A stretch of 64,000 nt of DNA, taken from IMG/VR virus record IMGVR_UViG_2718218115_000003; one strand, written 5' to 3'. This document shows positions 19,382 through 29,596 of this stretch, piece by piece; the first letter of the stretch is position 1, and every line of letters starts with the position of its first letter. This stretch comes from an uncultured virus (IMG/VR IMGVR_UViG_2718218115_000003) (lineage: Duplodnaviria > Heunggongvirae > Uroviricota > Caudoviricetes). The translations under genes were made by a program, and so were the position numbers. Below the pieces are notes generated by a model. That model had not been told where the DNA came from and made no database searches. It worked only from the letters and a program-made list of their open reading frames with translations.

Positions 19382-21373
19382 ATGGCTTTGGCACCATTAA
19401 AAGAAATTCCCGAATGGTGGGAACTTTGTGAGCGTTATCGATACGACATCTATGCTTTCGCCGTAGAAGCATTAGGTGTCGAACCCACATGGCAACAAGA
19501 ATTACTTTTTGAATCTATTGCATTTGATGGTAGCCGTACTTCAGTTGCGTCAGGTCACGGTTGCTTTGGAAAAGGGACTTTAATCAAATTAGCCAATGGG
19601 GACTTCATCCCAGTTGAGCGTATTAATTTAAATCATAAGATTCTCGCTGCAGATGGTAAGACAGAACTAGATGTAATTAAAACAGTAACCGGTTATCAGG
19701 AAATGTACCGGTTTGAGTATGAGAACGGTAAATCTCATACATTCAATAAATCACATATCCTTTGCTTAATCTCTTTATACGATGGTAATGGTTGGTCGAA
19801 GGGCGACAAGATTGAATTGCTTGTTTCTCAATATATGAACCTAAAACCTGAAAGTAGAGAACAGTTTGCATCTTATAGGCTTATAGATGGTGAACATAAG
19901 CCTTTAAAAATCACATCGGTTGCCGAGCTTGGTGAAGGCAAATATTACGGTTTTGTACTCGATCCAGATCCATTTTTCTTAGGTGAAGATAACTTAGTAC
20001 TACACAACACTGGTAAAACGGCCAGTGCCGGTATTGTTGCCTTATGGCATCTCTTGTTTTTTGATGAATCAATCATGATGTTTACTGCTCCGCAGATTGG
20101 GCAGTTAAAGAAACAAGTCTGGAAAGAAATCAGTATCAATCTAGCACGATTGAAGCAAGGGCCTTTGGCTTGGCTTGCTGATTATGTTGGGTACCAGTCT
20201 GAACTTGTATACATCAAAGGCTACAAAGAAAAATGGTATGTCTTTGCGAAGACAGCACCAAAACATCAACCTACTAACTTGGCTGGTAACCACGGCGATA
20301 ACTACATGGTCTGGGTCGATGAGGCCAGTGGTGTAGATGATGCTGTCCTTGATGTAGCTTTTGGTGCCTTAACGCACGAAGACAACCGTGCAGTAATGAC
20401 CTCACAGCCTACCCGTAACGCGGGTATGTTCTATGAGACTCATCACAAGTTAAGTCATCGAGCTGGTGGTGTTTGGATTGCACTCACATTTAACGGGGAA
20501 GAGTCACCACTAGTTAGTGAACAATCCTTACAGGAACAACGGCAAAAATACGGCAGCAGGGAAGATGCTCAGTATAAGATTCGTGTACTAGGTGAATTCC
20601 CAGACTTATCAGATGAGTTCTTAATCACGAAGCGTCAAACCGAAGAAATGTATGTTGGCGCGAGTATTTTTGATGACCATCAATTCGGTTATGTCATTAC
20701 TGTTGATGTTGGTGGTGGTGTTGGCCGTGACGATTCAGTAATTGTTGTTTCTAAAGTTTGGGGTGAATCGCAATGGGGAGAGCGTGCACGCCGTGTAGAA
20801 GTTGTAGATATTCCATTATGCAAAAACAGAGATGATATCTTAGAACTATTTGCAAAGATTAATGAGCTACTTTTACAGTACCCAAATGCTAACTTGGTTG
20901 TAGATGATAACGGGGCGGGTAAAGGTTTAGGCCAATACCTTAAAAAGCAAGGTATTTTCTACGTTCCTGTTTATTGGGGCTCACAATGTTTTAGTAATGA
21001 CAATAGAAAAGAGTTTACAAATAAACGGTCATTAGCTTATGTGGGCTTAGCTCGAGCAATCGCAAATGGCCGTTTTAAAATAAAAACGAAGAAACACAAT
21101 GTGAAAATTAAAGATCAGTTAATCCACGTTCCATACCGTTTTGATGACTTTGCTCGTTATAAAATCTTAAGCAAAGACGAAATGAAACGGATGGGAATTA
21201 AATCACCGGATATCGGTGATGCTTTTGCTTTCTTATTCTTGGAAAACGTTCACTACACTGAAGCTTACGAAACTGTAAATGTCACTGACGATACACCGGA
21301 AGGCCGTGAACAAGCTGAACGTAAGTCAAGATTCAGTGCTTTAAGAGAAGCAGCTGAAAAAGAAAATGATTAG
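19382..21373 (+). CDS. terL: Terminase large subunit (P1 PacB-like) containing an intein
   Basis: PTWQQ, Walker A SGHG-[intein]-TGKT, Walker B WVDEASG, TSQPT, nuclease VDVGGG...DDS...SPDIGDA. Confidence 0.9.
   Translation: MALAPLKEIPEWWELCERYRYDIYAFAVEALGVEPTWQQELLFESIAFDGSRTSVASGHGCFGKGTLIKLANGDFIPVERINLNHKILAADGKTELDVIKTVTGYQEMYRFEYENGKSHTFNKSHILCLISLYDGNGWSKGDKIELLVSQYMNLKPESREQFASYRLIDGEHKPLKITSVAELGEGKYYGFVLDPDPFFLGEDNLVLHNTGKTASAGIVALWHLLFFDESIMMFTAPQIGQLKKQVWKEISINLARLKQGPLAWLADYVGYQSELVYIKGYKEKWYVFAKTAPKHQPTNLAGNHGDNYMVWVDEASGVDDAVLDVAFGALTHEDNRAVMTSQPTRNAGMFYETHHKLSHRAGGVWIALTFNGEESPLVSEQSLQEQRQKYGSREDAQYKIRVLGEFPDLSDEFLITKRQTEEMYVGASIFDDHQFGYVITVDVGGGVGRDDSVIVVSKVWGESQWGERARRVEVVDIPLCKNRDDILELFAKINELLLQYPNANLVVDDNGAGKGLGQYLKKQGIFYVPVYWGSQCFSNDNRKEFTNKRSLAYVGLARAIANGRFKIKTKKHNVKIKDQLIHVPYRFDDFARYKILSKDEMKRMGIKSPDIGDAFAFLFLENVHYTEAYETVNVTDDTPEGREQAERKSRFSALREAAEKEND
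19562..20008 (+). other. Mini-intein (149 aa, no homing endonuclease) in the terminase P-loop
   Basis: Starts CFGKGT (Cys1), block B FNKSHIL, ends VLHN followed by Thr; removal restores GHGTGKT. Confidence 0.9.
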
Positions 21374-21445
21374 TTATATGGAACTGCCCACTTAAATACC
21401 TATTCTTCATAACTACCATAGATCAATAAATCATATGGGTGGGTT

Positions 21446-22984
21446 ATGGCTATTAACTTCTTTTTAACTGACGCAGGTCGGAATGCATTAAATAAAGTGG
21501 GTGATGTTGCTAGCTTTGGTGGGGAGCTTACCCATCTTGCTGTTGGTACCGGCAAATTTGATGCATCAGTAGAAGCGAAAAACCTAACTTCTCTTAAAAA
21601 TGAATTAGCTAGATTTTCTCTTAACGGTGGTGGTGTAGATACAGAAACGGGTACTTTGCGTTTTGTAATGAGTATTGAGCCCACTTTAACAATGGAAGTG
21701 TTTGAGATGGGTATTTACCTATCAGATGGCACTTTACTTGCGGTGGCCTCGACTACAGCTGCTCAATCAATCATGTCTTTACATGCAAACGTAGTAGCCA
21801 TTGTAACATTTGGATTTGTTTTAACTGACGTTAATTTAAAAAACGTAACTATCAAGATTGATCCAAACACACCAATTGCTGTGATGTTGATGAATCAGCA
21901 TAGTGCAGATGAAGACCCTCATCCACAATACGGCGCGTTAATTCGTAAGCTCATGACTGAACATAATCAGCATGAGGATCCGCACCCTCAATATGCATTT
22001 GAAAAAGACGTAAAAGCCAAAGACGATGATTTACAACAACAGATTGATGATCTAGATCTTAGTTCCAAAAATTTGTTGCAGCAGTTAATCGATTTCAAGA
22101 AAAACTTAGATGCTCAATATCCAAAATTAATTGGAGCAGGTGTAAATATTGGTAGCTCAGCCACAGTTGAACTAGGTGGCAAAGTTACTGATTTACGTGA
22201 TTCAAAGTATGCAATCTATTTAACACCAGAAAGCCCACATGAAGCATGGAAGCTTACCCGTGCTGAAAAGGGTTTTTCATATGAAGTTTGGGACCGCTCA
22301 GGTCAAAACCGGATAGGGTATTCAGGTACTGTGAATTGGTCCGTTGTTCAGGTAGCTGCAGAAACACTAAACGATGGAAACGGCGATTACACAGTCCCAG
22401 GTGTTTATATCATTCCAATTCAACCGAAAGAACAAAAAGAATTCATTTTGGTTGGTGCTGGTGGTGCTGGTGGTGGCAGTGTCTGGGAGTTAGGAGCATT
22501 GGCACATGGGACCAGTGGAACAGATACACGCTTACGTTTAAATGAACTTGATTTGGCGGTTGTTGGCGGCGGTAAAGGCGGTACCAGTGGTCAGTGGTCG
22601 AATGGTAGTGCTTTCTCAAATGGTGCTGGTGGTTTAGCAGGTGTAATCACTGTGACATCAAACATAACCGAAATTTCACGCAAGCTTGGTAACGCTGGTA
22701 CAGCTGCAAACCAAACAAACCACAAAGGCGGCGCATCAGTAAGTCCAGTATCAAACTGGGGTGCTGGTGGTGATGGTGCTAATGGTGTAGGTGATGATGG
22801 CTGGGCACTTGGTGGTGGTGGTGCAAGTGGTGGTTTACTCATTTGCCGATATGTGAATTCAACCGAAAAAACTCAGTATATGACTTTAGTTGTTGGTGAA
22901 CCTGGTGTTGCAACCGAAAGTAATGGTAACACTGGTAAAGCAGGTACTGGTGGCTTTGCTCGTGTAAGTACTGTTAAAGCTTAA
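21446..22984 (+). CDS. Tail fibre protein (gpH-like N-terminus, Gly-rich C-terminus)
   Basis: LTDAG...AVGTG...EMGIYLSDGTLLAV, two DPHPQY repeats, GAGGAGG-rich domain. Confidence 0.75.
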   Translation: MAINFFLTDAGRNALNKVGDVASFGGELTHLAVGTGKFDASVEAKNLTSLKNELARFSLNGGGVDTETGTLRFVMSIEPTLTMEVFEMGIYLSDGTLLAVASTTAAQSIMSLHANVVAIVTFGFVLTDVNLKNVTIKIDPNTPIAVMLMNQHSADEDPHPQYGALIRKLMTEHNQHEDPHPQYAFEKDVKAKDDDLQQQIDDLDLSSKNLLQQLIDFKKNLDAQYPKLIGAGVNIGSSATVELGGKVTDLRDSKYAIYLTPESPHEAWKLTRAEKGFSYEVWDRSGQNRIGYSGTVNWSVVQVAAETLNDGNGDYTVPGVYIIPIQPKEQKEFILVGAGGAGGGSVWELGALAHGTSGTDTRLRLNELDLAVVGGGKGGTSGQWSNGSAFSNGAGGLAGVITVTSNITEISRKLGNAGTAANQTNHKGGASVSPVSNWGAGGDGANGVGDDGWALGGGGASGGLLICRYVNSTEKTQYMTLVVGEPGVATESNGNTGKAGTGGFARVSTVKA

Positions 22985-22998
22985 ATAGGTAAAACAGT

Positions 22999-23277
22999 AT
23001 GAGAAATGATTATCGAAATGCTATTAGAGACTTAATTCACCGGAATCTTCAACAAAATAATATTCAGAATCTGATTGTTTGGGAAATCAAAGACGATGAA
23101 TCTCAAGATCCATCACTGTTGAGTTTGAAATTATATGGTTCAAGAAACCATATTGATGCAGTACTTGTGGCGTGTGGTGTGAACGGCGTTTGGGAAAAGT
23201 TACCTCTTCATAAGGTGGCTTTTCCAAGGCTTGTTGATCTTTTAAGACTTCAAAAAGAATACTTGCAGGATAATTAA
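22999..23277 (+). CDS. Putative tail X / LysM-like baseplate protein
   Basis: D.SLLSLKLYGS...VL...G pattern; size and position. Confidence 0.4.
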   Translation: MRNDYRNAIRDLIHRNLQQNNIQNLIVWEIKDDESQDPSLLSLKLYGSRNHIDAVLVACGVNGVWEKLPLHKVAFPRLVDLLRLQKEYLQDN

Positions 23278-23278
23278 A

Positions 23279-24409
23279 ATGTCAGCATTCAAGCCAGATG
23301 ATTTACGCCGTGCCCAGCTGCAATTAAACCAGTCTTTGCAAAATGGTGGAGTTCGTAGAGATCAACAGAGCCGCCAGCGTGCAGATAGAGAACAGCGGGC
23401 ATTTGCAGAAAAAGAAATTGAATATGATGATTGGGGACGAAAGATCCCTAAACCTATGTTCTTGCGACCACAAGATATTGCCCAAGGGGAAAAATATGAT
23501 GTCGAAAGAGTACTTTTTACAACATTAGGTCAGCGAAATGGAGAAGTACCACGGCGTATTACCCGTGATGATATCTTGGCATTTCAGGAAAACATTCAAC
23601 TATTAAAAGATCAGTATAGTAAGGGTATTACCCCTCAAAACATCATTAATTTAAGCCGACAAGACGATATTGATCGGGCAAATGAGCAAATCTATTTGGC
23701 GGTTCCAGTAAGCAGAAAAGCTGGTTTAGTTCACTTGCTTACTAATGCCGGACCAAATAGTAAAGTTTTAAATCATCACGTTGAGATTGAGTTTTCTAAC
23801 TTTAAATCTGTTGTTTTTGATATCGATAAACAGGCATTAAACACCGTCAAAAACCGCTTGGCTAAAGGCAAAATCAAATTTCAGTGTGATTGCGAACGTC
23901 ATACGTTCTGGTACCGCTATATGGCAACTATTGGCGGCTATAATTTAGGACGTGATGAGGGCGGCTTTCCGAAAATACGTAACCCGCATTTATCCGGTGT
24001 GGCTTGTAAACATGTATTGCGCGTTGTTAAGTGGATTAGTTCACCATCCGGGATTGCCTACCTTAAAAAGGAAGTAGAGAAAGACCGTAAGAAACAAGTA
24101 GGTGCACGGTATAAGCAAACAGATAAGCAAATACAGAATTCAATAAACGAGCAAGTAAAGGATTTGATGAATGGTTCTGTTAAGCCGATCAAAGCCAATA
24201 TCCAAAAAGCAGAAAAAGAAATGATGCGTAGAGCTGATAAAGTTGCCAAAAAGCTCTTAGAACGCGAATTAAAAACCCTCAAACGTTTTGAAGTGGAAAC
24301 TGTTAGAGCGAGTCAAATTGAAAGAATTCAAGCCTTACATAAATCAGGCGCAATCGACAATGACATGTTAAATGTCTTTATGAAGGGTTTAAGTCGAAAT
24401 GCTAAATAG
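23279..24409 (+). CDS. SWIM-type zinc-finger protein
   Basis: FQCDC...ACKH ligands; basic C-terminal helices. Confidence 0.6.
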   Translation: MSAFKPDDLRRAQLQLNQSLQNGGVRRDQQSRQRADREQRAFAEKEIEYDDWGRKIPKPMFLRPQDIAQGEKYDVERVLFTTLGQRNGEVPRRITRDDILAFQENIQLLKDQYSKGITPQNIINLSRQDDIDRANEQIYLAVPVSRKAGLVHLLTNAGPNSKVLNHHVEIEFSNFKSVVFDIDKQALNTVKNRLAKGKIKFQCDCERHTFWYRYMATIGGYNLGRDEGGFPKIRNPHLSGVACKHVLRVVKWISSPSGIAYLKKEVEKDRKKQVGARYKQTDKQIQNSINEQVKDLMNGSVKPIKANIQKAEKEMMRRADKVAKKLLERELKTLKRFEVETVRASQIERIQALHKSGAIDNDMLNVFMKGLSRNAK

Positions 24410-24947
24410 ATCAGTAAATCAAGTTGCAAATGGACGCCGTTTAGCAGCTAGACGTGTTGTGATGAATGCTCTAGCAAGTATTCCCGCGCAAATTTGGCGA
24501 AAAGAAGTCATTTTCAATAATCCGGCTGAAGATTCAAAACCTTTAGATCCTCTTTCTTTTGAAGCGAACACTTTATCGATTCAAGACGAACCCAACTACA
24601 AGTATGAATATAAGGGCGCTGCTTATGTTCATTTCGATAAATTTAATGGTGGTTATATTCAAAAGAACTTCTCAATGAATAACCCATCTGACTTGGTGCT
24701 AACCGCTCAAGTAGAGCCATTCAATGAAGAATTAGATGATGTTTTGGAAAGGATAATCAACATCCCTGACTTGATTCTTAAAGAAGGTGATCTTTTAGGT
24801 TTAATGATTTATGAAAATCTAATGTTGTGGTTTGAGATTGTAAATATTACTGGTTTTAGCCTCATGGCAGATTTTGGCAGTAAGTATGTTTTAAACCGTA
24901 GAGATGATTTGTTTATTTCACCTATAGGTGATGGAGAAACTAAATGA
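24399..24947 (+). CDS. Putative virion structural protein
   Basis: 182-aa ORF translationally coupled in late operon. Confidence 0.45.
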   Translation: MLNRSVNQVANGRRLAARRVVMNALASIPAQIWRKEVIFNNPAEDSKPLDPLSFEANTLSIQDEPNYKYEYKGAAYVHFDKFNGGYIQKNFSMNNPSDLVLTAQVEPFNEELDDVLERIINIPDLILKEGDLLGLMIYENLMLWFEIVNITGFSLMADFGSKYVLNRRDDLFISPIGDGETK

Positions 24948-25246
24948 GCTATTTAATTTTCAATGAAAAAGGTAAAAAGACAGGCGACATTGAAATAGCT
25001 GAACAATGTACTTCTGCAATATTCAATTACCAGGTAATCGGGAACGGGGCAGAAGTAGAGTTTTTCGGAAGCAATATTCCATATGCAGATCCGCAAAACG
25101 ATTCTCACTGGGTGTCTATTCTTACATTAACAGCTGCTGCGCCTGATACTGAACCGTTTAGACAGCATTGCTGGGATAAGCTCCGTTATAAAGTGAAAGC
25201 AGGTGATAATGTGGAGATTTATGTTTCAAGTGGTGTAAGCGGATAG
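24944..25246 (+). CDS. Hypothetical protein
   Basis: 100-aa ORF, ATGA overlap, GGAGA SD. Confidence 0.55.
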   Translation: MSYLIFNEKGKKTGDIEIAEQCTSAIFNYQVIGNGAEVEFFGSNIPYADPQNDSHWVSILTLTAAAPDTEPFRQHCWDKLRYKVKAGDNVEIYVSSGVSG

Positions 25247-25292
25247 CTATATAAATAAAGGGCTGAGATGGTCCTTTAGCTACATTTTCTTT

Positions 25293-25316
25293 GTCCTCAA
25301 TTCTGGGGACTTTTTT
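25293..25316 (+). terminator. Intrinsic terminator before capsid leader
   Basis: GTCCTCA...TGGGGAC plus T run. Confidence 0.55.
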
Positions 25317-25400
25317 ATGTTTGGAACCGACCAGCTTTAGTAAAAATACGCCATGTCAGACTTTCTGCATCTTACATAGAAAGCCAAAGGCTGGTTTAAA

Positions 25401-27179
25401 ATGACTGTGTTAACAGAAGAAATTCGTAAAAAGTATGATGCTCAACAACTAGCTACTGTTCAGTGCCGAAATTACTATTTCAAAAGTCCTGAAGAGCTTG
25501 AAAATGGGTTTGACAGTGCTCAAACAGCGGCAGAAGAGTATCCAGAAGTATTAAAAGCAATTTTTGATTCAATTGGCATCGAATATGCGCCAGAAGTTGA
25601 TAAAGCTGTGATGTTTGGGGTATCACAATATCAATCACGTCATGGCGGTGAATTACCGCATCCTTCAATCATTGCAGCTGCATTAACTGCTGGTTTAAGT
25701 GGTGCGAAACAAGCAGCTGCTTTGCCTGCCGAAACCCTTAGCTATTACGATAGTATTAATGAATCTGGTTTTGATGATGTAAATCACCAGCATCATGAAT
25801 CTGTAAGCATCGTTCCAGCAATTACAGTTGCTACTATCGCCAACGTTATCGCTTATGCAACACCTATCGTTGCTATGATTCCCAACTCAAATGGCTCAAA
25901 TGAAGTACCGATTGTATCTATTCGCTTTATCACCAACCGTGATTTTGGTGCAATGAAGAAATCAGAATACTTAGATGGTGCAAATGCTTCTAAGCCTTAT
26001 GTTGAAGGACGATTCCGTTTTGCATTGTCTAATGGTGGCGCAGGTACAACTTATACTGTGACTGCACGAACTGGTTATGAAGACTTCAAGGCTAAAACAC
26101 CTGACGCCAAAGCGAGTTTATTGCCATTTATTGCGGGTAATGTATCTATCAAGATCAATGGTAAAGAAGTTGCGCATACTCGAAATCGCAGTAAATCAAA
26201 ATTTTCAGGCAAGATTTCTGCTATTGCTGAGAAAGACGTAGTAGTAAACGGCGTTGAATATCGTGTTGTTGGTAGCGAAATTGATATTTCAGCTAGCAAA
26301 ATTAGCGTGACATTAAATGAAGCATTACCAGCTGGTGCGAAAATTGAAGTTCATCTTGTGGCGGATTTTGATGCGCGTGATGGTAATGATAACTATCTAT
26401 TAACCCCAGTAGGTGTTGATTTCGAACCTGAATATGAAACATTGATTGCGTCACCTATCATGGCACGGGTAACAGCTTCAACACTATTACAATCTCAGCT
26501 AACTAACGAACTTAAGCTTGGTTTTCTGGGTCAGGCTTTAGCAATTGTGCAAGGTAAAATCTTCTTAGAACAAACTGTACGTTTATTAGGTGAAGCAAAA
26601 GATTTAGCTGAATACTCCGCTCGTGAAGTTACTTTTGATGCTTCTCGTGGTGTGACTGGAAAATTAGCAGCTGCATTTAATACTTCAGGTGACTTGTTTG
26701 CGGAAGTAAATAAATTTATTGCAGCGGCCAAATTGGATATTAACCAACGTACTGGTGGCTCTACCGTAGCATTTGACTTATATGTTGGCGATACTGGGTC
26801 AGTATTCTTTAATCAACTGTCAAGCGACAAGATGCCAGTTAAAACCGGATACACTGCTGGTTACGGTCAAATTGTCCGTATTGGTACTCTTGCAGATGGT
26901 ACTAACGTTTACCACGCACCGTCAGCACAAGAGCTTGTAGCTGAAGCAGATACAGCGTTTGATATGCTTTTAGTTGGTCGTGGTAATGAGCCAATTCGTG
27001 CGCCGTTCGTTGGCTTTATTCAAACGCCTCTTTCAGTTATTGAAACTCGACCAGATGCGCGTGAATCAGTACTTACTTTAATCGGTGCTCAAGCAGCCGA
27101 AATGAACCCGTTAGAACGTTATGCTGATCAAAGCTATGTCATCCACTGTATCAATATGCCATCCCTCAAAAATTCGTAA
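25401..27179 (+). CDS. Major capsid protein (P1 gp23-like, probable N-terminal propeptide)
   Basis: 592 aa, own TGGAAC leader and terminator, Y..RHGG..P..S.I N-terminal pattern, RIG.L..GT.VYH.P C-terminal pattern. Confidence 0.65.
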   Translation: MTVLTEEIRKKYDAQQLATVQCRNYYFKSPEELENGFDSAQTAAEEYPEVLKAIFDSIGIEYAPEVDKAVMFGVSQYQSRHGGELPHPSIIAAALTAGLSGAKQAAALPAETLSYYDSINESGFDDVNHQHHESVSIVPAITVATIANVIAYATPIVAMIPNSNGSNEVPIVSIRFITNRDFGAMKKSEYLDGANASKPYVEGRFRFALSNGGAGTTYTVTARTGYEDFKAKTPDAKASLLPFIAGNVSIKINGKEVAHTRNRSKSKFSGKISAIAEKDVVVNGVEYRVVGSEIDISASKISVTLNEALPAGAKIEVHLVADFDARDGNDNYLLTPVGVDFEPEYETLIASPIMARVTASTLLQSQLTNELKLGFLGQALAIVQGKIFLEQTVRLLGEAKDLAEYSAREVTFDASRGVTGKLAAAFNTSGDLFAEVNKFIAAAKLDINQRTGGSTVAFDLYVGDTGSVFFNQLSSDKMPVKTGYTAGYGQIVRIGTLADGTNVYHAPSAQELVAEADTAFDMLLVGRGNEPIRAPFVGFIQTPLSVIETRPDARESVLTLIGAQAAEMNPLERYADQSYVIHCINMPSLKNS

Positions 27180-27190
27180 GTAAAACAGAT

Positions 27191-27216
27191 AAGGGCGCAT
27201 TTAGATGCGCCTTTTT
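27191..27216 (+). terminator. Intrinsic terminator after capsid gene
   Basis: AAGGGCGCAT-ttag-ATGCGCCTTTTT. Confidence 0.7.
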
Positions 27217-27242
27217 ACCCTATTTATTGAAAGGAAAATCTC

Positions 27243-27869
27243 ATGGCTGCAGCAACACAAAACACTGACGAAACTTTAGCTTCAACTGACGAACAAGCGA
27301 CTACTAAACCAAAAAACACACGTAATAAAACCAATAAAACTACAGAAACACAGAATACCCAAGCTGGTGATGAAAAAGCTTCAGACCAAGGTGATTTGTT
27401 AAATAGCCAAGGTCCTGAAGACGGCGCATCTCAAGATGAAGGTAATAAACCTACTGATTTGAAAAATGGCGATTCAGATAATGAAGAGTCCAATACTCAA
27501 GAAAATGGAAATCCAACTGAAACATCGAATGATTCTGTCAAACCTTCAAATGATCTAGATTCTAATGGTGGTAAGTCTGGTGATGATGTGGGGAATGAAT
27601 CGGATCATGTCCTTAAAGAAACTGATACTTCTAAAGTTAATACTCCCATTACGGATTTGTTAACAGTATCAGGTGGGAGTAGCGTGGATCCGCTAGTTAT
27701 TAAAATTACTAATAACGGATTTTCAACAGTTTTAGAACCGTTATCACGTGTTGCTATTGAGGCAGGTAAAACAGCAAGTATTACGTGTCATAACCAAACA
27801 TTTAAACATCAAGTACTGGAAAACTTACGTCAGTTGAAGGGGCTTGGTAAGAATCTAACTGTTGAGTAA
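27243..27869 (+). CDS. Virion-associated protein: disordered acidic N-terminus plus small C-terminal domain
   Basis: AAGGA SD; D/N/S/T-rich low complexity; C-terminus paralogous to next gene. Confidence 0.55.
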   Translation: MAAATQNTDETLASTDEQATTKPKNTRNKTNKTTETQNTQAGDEKASDQGDLLNSQGPEDGASQDEGNKPTDLKNGDSDNEESNTQENGNPTETSNDSVKPSNDLDSNGGKSGDDVGNESDHVLKETDTSKVNTPITDLLTVSGGSSVDPLVIKITNNGFSTVLEPLSRVAIEAGKTASITCHNQTFKHQVLENLRQLKGLGKNLTVE

Positions 27870-27873
27870 CAAG

Positions 27874-28161
27874 ATGACTATTTTCATTATTGATGGCACG
27901 AACCCAATTATGGATGCTGTAGGTGATCATCCTACTGAACGAAGTATTACACTTCAAAATAACGGTTTAAGTGACATTACCGAACCATTTACACAAGTTT
28001 TGGTACAAGCTGGTCAAAAGGTCACATTCACTTTGATCGGTGACGAAGCTCATAAACAATTGCTAGATAACCTAGATCAAATTAATGGCTTGAAAGGTAA
28101 TGTACTTCAAATTGTACCTACTGAGGCAGAAGAGCCTACAGAACCTGCTAGCGGATTATAA
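27874..28161 (+). CDS. Small virion protein paralogous to C-terminus of upstream gene
   Basis: NNG...EP...V...AG....T.......Q.L.NL.Q..GL shared by both proteins. Confidence 0.55.
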   Translation: MTIFIIDGTNPIMDAVGDHPTERSITLQNNGLSDITEPFTQVLVQAGQKVTFTLIGDEAHKQLLDNLDQINGLKGNVLQIVPTEAEEPTEPASGL

Positions 28162-28174
28162 AATTTAGGAAATG

Positions 28175-28201
28175 AAAAACCACTTTCGAGTGGTTTTTTT
28201 T
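28175..28201 (+). terminator. Intrinsic terminator before TGGAAC site
   Basis: AAAAACCACT-TTCG-AGTGGTTTTT. Confidence 0.7.
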
Positions 28202-28279
28202 ACATTGGAACTAGCCAGAAAATCAAAAATGCCAACGGCTCAAAATACTTAAAACAAATAGCCTTGGGCGTGTAATGTA

Positions 28280-29575
28280 ATGAATATACTTGCTCTATCA
28301 AGTACAGGTGAGCTATCCCTTGTTGCAGGGGCCAGCCCATCACTAAAACTGGAATTTGATACTCACAGTTATCTTGCAAATACAGAAATCAATGTGGCCT
28401 TTTTTGCGAAAGTAACTAGCCCACGCGGTCCTGCAGATATTTCTATGCGTTTGGAAATACGTGATGCGGTAACAGGTGATCAAATTGTTACTGTTCAGGG
28501 ATTAGTAGATGGAGACATTGAAAATTCTGCTTCTATTGTCGCTGTAGCTGATGCGAAAGAATATTTCGAGCGATTTGATTTATCGTTAGGTATTGATGCG
28601 TTACAAGCAATTCTCAAATCTAATGCTTATAACGAATCAAATAGCTTAGGTCGTGCATCAAAAACGTTGGCATTGGAAGACGAATCGTTACCGTCATTTA
28701 AACCAGATGAACTATATAAAATTCTGACAAGCCAATTAAGCACACCAGCATATCTGACTTTACCAAATCCTCATGATTTACCAATTTATGTTGCGGCTCA
28801 ACGTGCAGCTACAAAATTACGTATTCCTTTGGATGCTGAAATCAACCCAACTTTTACAGCTGAGCAAGCAGCTCAATTTGCGACAAGCGTAGATGCTCAA
28901 TCTCAGTTTGTTCAATTCATTTGGAGCCCGAACCTTTGCCGCCCATCTGATGCTGTCACGCTAAGAGGTCGAAAGGTACCAGCTTATTATTTGGGCCATT
29001 ACATCGGCGATAAATTATTACGTAATGCAAAGTTAAATAAACAAGGCTTTGCGCCGTTAAAAAATGCAGTAGCTTGGAAAGATTATCCCTTTACAGCAAA
29101 AAACTTAAGCCAGATGCCGAATACTGATCTTGAAGATGAACAGACTCAAGAAATGTTGGCTAAGGCTAAAGTAAATGTAGTTCGCCCAGTTAAGTTTGAA
29201 ACTACATTATTTGTATTAAGTGATGTGCTTACGCAATACCAAAGCAAAAATAGTGCTTTGCGTTTAGTTCCCGCCGCGGAGATTTCGGCTCGGGTTACGA
29301 ATAAATGTATCGAGATCCTGCGGACTTATATGTTCCAAGCTACACCGGACTATATCAAAAAAGCTGGTGATGACATCCAAGAGTTTTTAGAAGGTGCTTC
29401 TAGTGAAACAACCGGTTGGTTGCAACCGGCTGAAGACCTAGGGGGTAAACCTTTTGAGTTCAGTTTAATACCTGACAAAGACTATCCATATGAGCGTGTA
29501 CGACTCTATTTAGCCCATGGAGTTGTTGGTACAACTCGTGCCGCAATTTTTGATGACGACGTTTTAGTTAAATAA
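28280..29575 (+). CDS. Contractile tail sheath protein
   Basis: C-half: VPA....G...RN...GFAP...LAKAKVNVV...D.LT...LRL pattern typical of sheath C-terminal domain. Confidence 0.6.
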   Translation: MNILALSSTGELSLVAGASPSLKLEFDTHSYLANTEINVAFFAKVTSPRGPADISMRLEIRDAVTGDQIVTVQGLVDGDIENSASIVAVADAKEYFERFDLSLGIDALQAILKSNAYNESNSLGRASKTLALEDESLPSFKPDELYKILTSQLSTPAYLTLPNPHDLPIYVAAQRAATKLRIPLDAEINPTFTAEQAAQFATSVDAQSQFVQFIWSPNLCRPSDAVTLRGRKVPAYYLGHYIGDKLLRNAKLNKQGFAPLKNAVAWKDYPFTAKNLSQMPNTDLEDEQTQEMLAKAKVNVVRPVKFETTLFVLSDVLTQYQSKNSALRLVPAAEISARVTNKCIEILRTYMFQATPDYIKKAGDDIQEFLEGASSETTGWLQPAEDLGGKPFEFSLIPDKDYPYERVRLYLAHGVVGTTRAAIFDDDVLVK

Positions 29576-29596
29576 TTTTATTAAGGATCTATCAAG

